This document shows positions 27,373 through 34,839 of a stretch of DNA of 64,000 nt, one piece after another (positions within the stretch are counted from its first letter, which is position 1; every line of letters starts with the position of its first letter). The notes under the pieces are model-generated. The model searched no databases, was not told the origin of the DNA, and worked only from the letters and a program-made list of their open reading frames with translations. The DNA is from a virus (taxonomy: Duplodnaviria; Caudoviricetes): positions 1,334 to 65,333 of the IMG/VR virus record IMGVR_UViG_3300020469_000044. One strand, given 5' to 3'. A program made the translations under genes and the position numbers.

Positions 27373-27400
27373 TTATATATCTAAATATAACATAGTTTCA
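27373..27400 (-). promoter_or_regulatory. composite promoter: TGAAAC-N15-TATATAA overlapping GATATATAA
   Basis: Both recurring motifs share the same -10-like element. Confidence 0.65.
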
Positions 27401-27423
27401 ACCAAATATACTAAAAACTTTTT

Positions 27424-27825
27424 TTATTTTTTATGTGAATAAAAAGTAAACGATGCTGGCCAATCTCTATCTCCATCCCATTCTACTTCATAATCAGTTA
27501 TGTCGCCATATTCAAAATTATAATCTGAAGTCATAGTGTTAGCTAGTTTAAGTGCTTCTAATAAATTTTTGTGATTTGTTTCTGACCAATGATTTACATT
27601 GCTAATTCTAATATAATTACCTTCTAATACTTGGGTTTTAGTACTATGTGCTGAACTTCTGATTTCAGGGTTTTCAGTTTCTAAAAAATGACCTTTAGTT
27701 TCAGGCGTTGAGTTTATCCATTTTGATTTGTTTTTAAATTTAAAACCTTTTGCCTTTAAACTATCTCCTAATATTGTTAAGTCTTTATTTTCTTGGTCTA
27801 TTGTTAAGTTATGTCTATTTTTCAT
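27424..27825 (-). CDS. hypothetical early protein
   Basis: 133-aa ORF downstream of the host-type promoter. Confidence 0.75.
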   Translation of the reverse strand: MKNRHNLTIDQENKDLTILGDSLKAKGFKFKNKSKWINSTPETKGHFLETENPEIRSSAHSTKTQVLEGNYIRISNVNHWSETNHKNLLEALKLANTMTSDYNFEYGDITDYEVEWDGDRDWPASFTFYSHKK

Positions 27826-27837
27826 AATTTTATTTTA

Positions 27838-28008
27838 TTATCCTACCATCCATTCAACAAATACATCACACAACCAAACATTGTCTCTACCGTATTTTTC
27901 TCTTAGTTCATATTCTGTAGTGTGAGCCAATCCTTCATCATCAGTGTTTAAGTAGTCGATAATTTCTCCGTCTTTGTAAAGTTTTACTGTGTATCTTGTT
28001 AAGTCCAT
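27838..28008 (-). CDS. small hypothetical early protein (56 aa)
   Basis: Read by hand: MDLTRYTVKLYKDGEIIDYLNTDDEGLAH...FVEWMVG*; first ORF after the promoter repeat. Confidence 0.7.
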   Translation of the reverse strand: MDLTRYTVKLYKDGEIIDYLNTDDEGLAHTTEYELREKYGRDNVWLCDVFVEWMVG

Positions 28009-28020
28009 TTTTTTTATTGT

Positions 28021-28100
28021 TTTAATTATATTATAAATATAACTATTTCCGGTGACATAAAAAAATCCTAGGACACTTTTTTTACAAAGTTATTAACAAT
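28021..28100 (-). promoter_or_regulatory. host-type early promoter repeat, copy 2
   Basis: Near-identical to 11982-12062. Confidence 0.7.
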
Positions 28101-28121
28101 TTTAATTTTTTTATTTTTTTC

Positions 28122-28150
28122 TGAAACAAAAGAGGGAACTGGCTATATAA
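28122..28150 (+). promoter_or_regulatory. plus-strand TGAAAC-N16-TATATAA promoter-like site
   Basis: The only plus-strand copy of the motif noticed; points into the 3' end of the RuvC-like gene. Confidence 0.5.
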
Positions 28151-28166
28151 CTTAAGTATTTAAGCC

Positions 28167-28823
28167 TTAAGGTAGATTAGGTTCTAAGGTTCTCATTAAA
28201 GAGTTTAAGTAGAAAGCGTCTACAAGGTCATCAAAGGGCTTTGGGATAGATTTACCGAATTCAACAGTTTTAGCGAACTTCCAGAATTTTGTCTCCTCGA
28301 GAAATTTTTCACCAGTAGAATTATTAATAAAGACTTCCCATAAAGCAAGCTTATTCATATTACCTTTACCTGCATGTTTTTTAATTGTTGAAGGAGCAAT
28401 AGTTAAAATGTCTTCAGGTTTAAAGTATTTGAGAAGTTTAATCTTAAGAATAGAAGCTGCCGCCGCCATATCAATAATATTGTTAGTGCCAGCTGAACTT
28501 CCATATGAGACACCTTCAAATGCTATTTTAAAAGAATCTTCTTTATCTATATGTTTTGTAATTAGTTCGATAATATTATTTGACATAATATCATAACGTT
28601 TAATTTTAGCAAGTTCAATACTTGAATAATCAACATGAGTTTCCCAATCCGGTTGAAAAACAAGAGTTACGCCTTCCATTAGGGCTAAATCCTCTTGTAT
28701 TTTAATAGCCTTTTTTGTACCCGTTCTTTTTAAATAAGAAATAAAATGATATTGTTCTGTGTTACTATTAAATACACAAATACCTGGAGAGTTTAAAGAA
28801 AAATCAATTGTGATAAAATTCAT
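28167..28823 (-). CDS. RuvC-like Holliday junction resolvase
   Basis: IDFSLNSPG, AFEGVSYGS, PSTIKKHAG.GN..K, DDLVDAF acidic tetrad; start revised to ATG 28823. Confidence 0.85.
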   Translation of the reverse strand: MNFITIDFSLNSPGICVFNSNTEQYHFISYLKRTGTKKAIKIQEDLALMEGVTLVFQPDWETHVDYSSIELAKIKRYDIMSNNIIELITKHIDKEDSFKIAFEGVSYGSSAGTNNIIDMAAAASILKIKLLKYFKPEDILTIAPSTIKKHAGKGNMNKLALWEVFINNSTGEKFLEETKFWKFAKTVEFGKSIPKPFDDLVDAFYLNSLMRTLEPNLP

Positions 28824-28824
28824 A

Positions 28825-29193
28825 TTAAAAACCTTTACCCATTGAAGCACCGATTGCTGTTCCAACAAGTCTTGAAGTTAATAAATCATATAGAATACCT
28901 TTTTGAACACCTAAAACTTTAGCTATCATTTTGCCCATAGACTTTCCTAAAGCAAAACCTGCAAGTCCTCCAACAATAGAGCCAAATAAACCTTCATTAG
29001 TCATTTCATTATTAAATCTATTAATGTCTAAATCTCCATTTTCATCTCTATATTCATTTAAAAAAGAATCAACCGCTTGGTCAACTTTTTCTTCTAATTC
29101 AGGAGTCCATTCTTGTTGAAGACCTTCTGTCAAAAGTTCCATCTCCTTTGAAGTAACTTCATTTTCTTCTAAATATTCTATAAATGTTTTCAT
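28825..29193 (-). CDS. putative internal virion protein with Gly-zipper membrane-active C-terminus
   Basis: MKTFIEYLEE leader (compare T4 MKTYQEFIAE); acidic N-half then GLFGSIVGGLAGFALG... Confidence 0.7.
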   Translation of the reverse strand: MKTFIEYLEENEVTSKEMELLTEGLQQEWTPELEEKVDQAVDSFLNEYRDENGDLDINRFNNEMTNEGLFGSIVGGLAGFALGKSMGKMIAKVLGVQKGILYDLLTSRLVGTAIGASMGKGF

Positions 29194-29439
29194 AAGTTAT
29201 ATATCTTTTAATCGTTTGGTCCTTCTGGGATTATTGCAATGTTGGGTTTTCTTTTAAATATCCTATAACATGTTCGTCATATGCTTTAATAATATCTAAT
29301 ACAGACCATTTTTCTGGAAGTTGATTCACAGTGATTCTTTGTAACATCTCTTTATGTGTATACCTGTCACCTCTTTTTTCATTTAATGTTTTTTCAAATA
29401 TTTCTTTCCAATTTTTCATAAGTTATATATCTTTTAATC
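29187..29439. repeat. 27-bp exact direct repeat (29187-29213, 29413-29439) containing GATATATAA-CTT-ATG
   Basis: ttttcataagttatatatcttttaatc precedes both adjacent genes. Confidence 0.85.
29231..29419 (-). CDS. small protein with capsid-targeting-like leader (IFEKTLNEK)
   Basis: 62 aa, with its own GATATATAA start cassette. Confidence 0.65.
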   Translation of the reverse strand: MKNWKEIFEKTLNEKRGDRYTHKEMLQRITVNQLPEKWSVLDIIKAYDEHVIGYLKENPTLQ

Positions 29440-29985
29440 TACATCCATTTTAATATGGAATTTATTGTAGTAGAAGTTTAAGTCAAATGTATTGAATTCA
29501 GCTACATTCTCTGCCATGTTTAAATTTAATTCACTTATTTGATTTAAAATAGGTTTTTCAAAAGTTATGTTGGCTAATACTAAATCTTCAGCATCTAATA
29601 TACCTAGCTTTAAATCATTAATGTGTTTCTGTTTAGTAGTTGGAGCATAATAATATAACAAAATATCTGTCATCATCCAATAGTTAATATAACCATCCAT
29701 TAATTGCATAGTTACAGTAAACTGTCTTTCAATAGTATTTTGAATTGGAACTTTTCCTCTAAAGTAACGAGTAGTTCCGTCATTATCTGATTGGCTAACA
29801 GGATCAAATGTAATTCCTGGTAAATTAATAGACTGAATTCCATAATTGATAAAATCAATAGGGTCTTCAAATAAATTACCTGGAATTTTATTTAAGTATG
29901 CTTTGTATTTGTCTACAATCTCTTGCGGTACAAATTTTCTAGGAAACCTAAAATCAAATGAATTATTTCTACTATCTAAAATCAT
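29434..29985 (-). CDS. tail-tube-fold protein (tail completion gp3/gp54-like)
   Basis: QSINLPGI, FTVTM..MDGYINY, ISELNLN..FDLNFYY pattern. Confidence 0.6.
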   Translation of the reverse strand: MILDSRNNSFDFRFPRKFVPQEIVDKYKAYLNKIPGNLFEDPIDFINYGIQSINLPGITFDPVSQSDNDGTTRYFRGKVPIQNTIERQFTVTMQLMDGYINYWMMTDILLYYYAPTTKQKHINDLKLGILDAEDLVLANITFEKPILNQISELNLNMAENVAEFNTFDLNFYYNKFHIKMDVD

Positions 29986-31973
29986 ATTGCTGCATATTCA
30001 CCTTTAAATACCATAGTTTCTGTACTGCCATTGTCTATTGAAATATAGTATTTTTTATTATTTAAACCTTGTAATTTAGCAGCGTTTGCTTTATCTATTT
30101 TAAACAACACTTCACCTTTAGATAAATCAACATCCTTAAAGCTTGTAATATTATTAAAATAAATACCATCTGCGAAATTTAGTTTAACACATTTTAAATT
30201 AGTAAATGATATTGCTTTTCTTTCTCCACCGTCGATTTTAGAAATATTAAACTTAATGAATGTATCAAACGGAGATATTTCTAGCCCATTATCATTATTG
30301 ATAGAAGTAATTTGACCATCGTCTATGGTTACATTTCCTACATTTACTACAACATTTAATCTTTCAATAAATGCTGGTGCATATTTTACCTGAGCTTTAG
30401 GTAAACTAGAATTAATTACCTGTGCGACATTTCTTGTAGCCTGTAAATTCGGAAGAGTATTATAAACTCTAGTTAAATTAGCACTCGATGCTATATTTAC
30501 TTTCATCATTCTCTTGCCATATTTAGGAGCGTTAGTACTTATTAAACTTCCTCTTTTTACAATTTGAGTATTATCTGTTTGATTATAAATTCTCATAGTT
30601 ATGTCAATCATAAAACTTGCAGCGTTATTTGCATTTTGTATAATTGGTCTAAATTGAATTGGCTCTTCAAAGTCTTGTGTTTGTGTAATTGAAGTTGCAT
30701 AAGTTTCTATAAAACTAGTACCTATTTGTTCATTTACTATAATATCAAATATAACAGAAATGTCATCAGAACTTGTTGCGATTCTATTAATAATATAAGC
30801 CTCAAAATCAGCAGCACTGTTATCTTTTTCGCCATATATTTTAAAGTAGTCCCCGTCCGTTGCCTCTTCTACAGCAACTGTAAAATCTTGAAACTCATCT
30901 TCTTGAGCAACTATAAAATTAGTTTCTTCTCCTGTGTAAATATAATCAATACCTGCAGTGTCTTCTATGCTATCAATTAATTTTAAAGAAATGTCATAAT
31001 TTGAAGTAGTATCTAAATCGCTAGCGCCTGCTCCATTGTCATAAAACAAATCTTCAAAATCGCTGTATTGACTTTTTAATGTAGGTAATTTAATCTCTAT
31101 AAAATTACTATATAAAGTTTCACTTAAAATAAAAGGTCTAGGATTTTTAATTTCAAAACTAGAAGTATTTAAGTAAACTGTCTGTGTTAAAAAGTTTTGA
31201 ACTCCAGAAGTTCTATTAGTTTTTACTTCAAACATAAAACCTTCATATCCTCTAGCAGCAAAACTAAAACCACTTCTTAAATGAAGTCTTACTTTATCAT
31301 ATTTAATAGTATTAACAGTTGTAGTTGCGTTAGTTTGACTAGTTAATAAATCTGCAGAATCAGAACCAGTCCATTCAACACTATCAATAAAAACGTTTGT
31401 GCTATCTAAAAGCGCATATTTATTTTCATTAACCTTTACAGCATGATACCTTTCGATACTACCAGATCCAGTTACAATACTATTTCCAGTTTCTTCATCA
31501 GGCGTGGCAAACAATGGGTTAGCAGTATTACCAACAGTTATTTTACCACCTGTATAATTAGTTAATTTATATTCAAAACTACCAGTAGTCGCAGGAACAT
31601 AAATAAAAGTTGTTCCACTTAAACCTGCACCATTATTAGTACCTGTAATTGAAAAATCAGCAGGGGTTGAAAGTGCACTTAAATTAAATTTATAAGTTTT
31701 ACCAGCTTCTAATAATAAAGTTCTTGCTGCAAATCCTTCAACAGCAACATACGCTCCATCTTCAGTTACATCAAAATTTACTACTAAACTACCAAGCTCA
31801 TGTATAAGATGTCTAGCTTGTGTTGAATCTCCTTGAACTGTATCTAATATTTTTATTTCACTACCATTATCATCTACCTCTATTTCATAAGAAGACGGAT
31901 CTGATTGGTCATGATAGATAACCTCTAAGAGTATATCGTCATCAATTTTGTAATATCTTGAACTTTCTGCCAT
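29982..31973 (-). CDS. putative virion structural protein
   Basis: 663-aa acidic beta-rich ORF in the structural cluster; GATAAATAA 3 nt before the ATG. Confidence 0.55.
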   Translation of the reverse strand: MAESSRYYKIDDDILLEVIYHDQSDPSSYEIEVDDNGSEIKILDTVQGDSTQARHLIHELGSLVVNFDVTEDGAYVAVEGFAARTLLLEAGKTYKFNLSALSTPADFSITGTNNGAGLSGTTFIYVPATTGSFEYKLTNYTGGKITVGNTANPLFATPDEETGNSIVTGSGSIERYHAVKVNENKYALLDSTNVFIDSVEWTGSDSADLLTSQTNATTTVNTIKYDKVRLHLRSGFSFAARGYEGFMFEVKTNRTSGVQNFLTQTVYLNTSSFEIKNPRPFILSETLYSNFIEIKLPTLKSQYSDFEDLFYDNGAGASDLDTTSNYDISLKLIDSIEDTAGIDYIYTGEETNFIVAQEDEFQDFTVAVEEATDGDYFKIYGEKDNSAADFEAYIINRIATSSDDISVIFDIIVNEQIGTSFIETYATSITQTQDFEEPIQFRPIIQNANNAASFMIDITMRIYNQTDNTQIVKRGSLISTNAPKYGKRMMKVNIASSANLTRVYNTLPNLQATRNVAQVINSSLPKAQVKYAPAFIERLNVVVNVGNVTIDDGQITSINNDNGLEISPFDTFIKFNISKIDGGERKAISFTNLKCVKLNFADGIYFNNITSFKDVDLSKGEVLFKIDKANAAKLQGLNNKKYYISIDNGSTETMVFKGEYAAI

Positions 31974-31976
31974 AAT

Positions 31977-32789
31977 TTATTTATCTCTTTTAAAATTAAA
32001 CAATTTCAACTTAGGCATTTTTATAGTATATGTTAAAAAAAGACCAACCTGTGGGCCATGATAAACCATATTACCAGTTGTAAAAGTTAAACCGTATCCA
32101 ACTCCCATTCCTAAAGCGACCCTACTTCTATGTTCAGCCTCTGCTTTATTTATTTCATCCTCAATAACACTAATACCCTCAATATTATTAAATGTTAAAC
32201 CAGGGTATTTAGTAGCTATATTAATTTTTTTAATTCCATCAACTTCTTGAATACTCGAATATAGTTTTATGCCTTGTTCATAACTGAAACTATTTAAAGC
32301 ACCTGTTAGTCTATTATCTTTTTCAAATAAACTAATTTTACTATTCCACTTTCTCCAATTACCATCTCCATAATCAGTAGAGTCATTAAAATATAAAATA
32401 GAGTCATTTTCTATAACAGCATACACAGTATCAATCTCTTTAATATTAATTTCAGCGCTTAATAGTTGATTTACATTTTTTAGTTTTTTAATGTCTCCTA
32501 ATGCATTCTCATATTTTTCATATAAATCATCTGCTTTATCTTTTAGTTCTTTAGCCGTAAATTCATATGCACTTATTTCACTAACATAAAAATCATTTTT
32601 ATTCTTGTAATATTTAATAGTGTCTTGACTTGCTATAATATTTCCCTCAATTCTTTCTACTTTATTTTCTAAACCAGTGTTAATAGCCTTTATTTTAGTT
32701 GTTCTATTACACTGAAACATTAATAAAATAATAAGAACTAAAATAACCGATATAAAATGTATTGGCTTTATTTCTAATTTTTTAAACAT
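31977..32789 (-). CDS. membrane-anchored coiled-coil protein, spanin-like candidate
   Basis: N-terminal hydrophobic helix ending LMFQC, coiled coil, C-terminal GMGVGYG...GPQVGLFLTY beta-hairpin. Confidence 0.5.
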   Translation of the reverse strand: MFKKLEIKPIHFISVILVLIILLMFQCNRTTKIKAINTGLENKVERIEGNIIASQDTIKYYKNKNDFYVSEISAYEFTAKELKDKADDLYEKYENALGDIKKLKNVNQLLSAEINIKEIDTVYAVIENDSILYFNDSTDYGDGNWRKWNSKISLFEKDNRLTGALNSFSYEQGIKLYSSIQEVDGIKKINIATKYPGLTFNNIEGISVIEDEINKAEAEHRSRVALGMGVGYGLTFTTGNMVYHGPQVGLFLTYTIKMPKLKLFNFKRDK

Positions 32790-32804
32790 TTAATATTTTT
32801 TATT

Positions 32805-34838
32805 TTATCCACCTTTTGATGCACCAGTAGTAACAACAGTTTCACCTTGTCCACCAGTTCCACCACTAGTTCCACCTGTTGTACTTTCTTGGCCACCCAC
32901 TGTTAGACTATTATCCGATTCTTGCACAACATCGTTTGTTACTATTCTGTCATAAGAGTTCCAATCCGTAGTCATTGAAAATTTAAAGGCAAAGTTGTAA
33001 GTACCGTGCCCTTCATTATAACCTTGTCCACCATCTTGGTTAGCATCTAGTCCAGGAGCAATGTCAAATGGAGAAAGAGGCACTAAAAACAAGGCAAAAT
33101 TAGGAGAAGCATTACTTCTAACTGTTTCTTTATATAAATATATTCTATTTGAATCAGGATACATTATACCTTTAAAACCAAAATAATCACCTTCATCAAA
33201 GGCATTTCCATAAACCGTTGTAAAAGTAAAATCACATAGCACTGGAAAGCCAATATTGTTTTCATATGGAAAGTTTACTGCATGGTCTAGATCAATATAT
33301 AAATGATTTCCAAGAAAACTACTATTAGTCGCACTATTAGGGTTGCCGTTCCACGTAGTATTAGTAGCTCCAGTTAATTTTCCCCAAGCCTGTATTGAAT
33401 TTCCTATCTTGATATATCCGCCATTAGTTTGACTCGCACCTGCGTTAAAATTACCATACTGACCAGCACCTGGTCCATTACCAGTAGGAACATCATTTCC
33501 AGTTGGCGCGCTACTAAGCGTTCCAGCAGAGCCTCCAACTGTATCTATTACCTTAAGTGTCCATGATGTCCAATTTTTTTCATAAAAATAATCACTTAAT
33601 GTTCTTTCATTAGTTGAACTTCCACTGTTAGGAGCAGCGGTTGCAGTATCTCCATTTGCTAAACCTTCACCAGGGTCTCCTTCTTTAAATTCAATACCGT
33701 CTCCATAATCAGCACCCGTAGCACCTGAGTTCGTAGTTCCATCATGATTTCCATCAGGGTCACTAAAAAATATGTTTTGTGTAGAAGTATTTACCACTGC
33801 ACTAGTCATAAGCTTATCTACTCCAGCGTTTCTAATGGTGTTTACTCCTCCAGTTGAATTTGTAGCATCTATAATATTTACAGGTCCAATTCCAACGGCT
33901 GTAATTGTGTTACTTCCACTATTGGCTTGTATTAGGTTTCCATTTCCACTTCCTAGTAATTCATTACTTCCTGTTAATTGATTTAGAGGAGAACTAAGTT
34001 GGATAGAGTTACTTGCAATAATGTCTACTGTACTATTCACGTCTATATTTAAGTCATCTGCTGTTATGTTTATCTCACCTCCTAGACTGTTTATATCTAA
34101 TGTGTCGTCCGTTGTTATAAACATGTTATCATCTGAGAATATATTAATAACTGAAGAAGCCTTTATATTTACATCCAATGTATTATCAAAATCTCCAAGC
34201 TCAAGATTAGTCACTGGTTTAATTTCTGTGTGAGTGTTAGAATTAATTGTAATACGATCTGGTATATTAATATTTAGATTACTTTCTTCTCCTGAAACTG
34301 CAGCAAGAGCACTAAAATTAAATTGAGTTCCTGTACCTGCAACATAGCTAGTAGCCATTTTAAATTCTCTGGGATTTCCAATTTCGTCATTAGTAAAAAG
34401 TAATTGACTAGTTGTATCATCACTATTTGAACTTGGAAGCACTAAACTTAATAGTGCATTAGGCTCAAGTGGAACTGTATTAGGTGGATCAGTAGTACCT
34501 ACACTTGTATCTTGCCCTAATATTATTCTTGTTCTTAAATCAATGTCACTATTATTAAAAGGTCTTAAAATGTCTATATCGCCTGCACTCACAGTAAGCG
34601 TGTCAACGTCCCATAAATTTGCACTTGTTCCTTGTTCTCCTTTACCACCTTCTTCTCCTTTACCACCTTCTTCTCCTTTTTGACCTTTTACACCTGTATT
34701 GCCCGTTGTTCCGGGACTTCCTTTAACACCAACAGGGCCACCTCCGTTCGCAAGAACCTGATCAAAGTTGTAATTTATTTTGTCAACTCTAATGTTATCA
34801 GCATCTGCGTTAAATAATTCTTTTATATTAATTGCCAT
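32805..34838 (-). CDS. tail fiber-like protein with collagen-like G-X-Y segment
   Basis: KINYNFDQ N-terminus, about 13 G-X-Y triplets, beta-helix-like middle. Confidence 0.7.
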   Translation of the reverse strand: MAINIKELFNADADNIRVDKINYNFDQVLANGGGPVGVKGSPGTTGNTGVKGQKGEEGGKGEEGGKGEQGTSANLWDVDTLTVSAGDIDILRPFNNSDIDLRTRIILGQDTSVGTTDPPNTVPLEPNALLSLVLPSSNSDDTTSQLLFTNDEIGNPREFKMATSYVAGTGTQFNFSALAAVSGEESNLNINIPDRITINSNTHTEIKPVTNLELGDFDNTLDVNIKASSVINIFSDDNMFITTDDTLDINSLGGEINITADDLNIDVNSTVDIIASNSIQLSSPLNQLTGSNELLGSGNGNLIQANSGSNTITAVGIGPVNIIDATNSTGGVNTIRNAGVDKLMTSAVVNTSTQNIFFSDPDGNHDGTTNSGATGADYGDGIEFKEGDPGEGLANGDTATAAPNSGSSTNERTLSDYFYEKNWTSWTLKVIDTVGGSAGTLSSAPTGNDVPTGNGPGAGQYGNFNAGASQTNGGYIKIGNSIQAWGKLTGATNTTWNGNPNSATNSSFLGNHLYIDLDHAVNFPYENNIGFPVLCDFTFTTVYGNAFDEGDYFGFKGIMYPDSNRIYLYKETVRSNASPNFALFLVPLSPFDIAPGLDANQDGGQGYNEGHGTYNFAFKFSMTTDWNSYDRIVTNDVVQESDNSLTVGGQESTTGGTSGGTGGQGETVVTTGASKGG
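34635..34679. repeat. 18-bp tandem repeat (2.5 copies) in the collagen-like segment
   Basis: ttctcctttaccaccttc x2.5, encoding KGEEGG. Confidence 0.85.
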
Positions 34839-34839
34839 T

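Noticed and set aside
11982-29439. Repeats considered as a CRISPR array
   Set aside because: Only two copies of each repeat, no regular spacers, no cas genes
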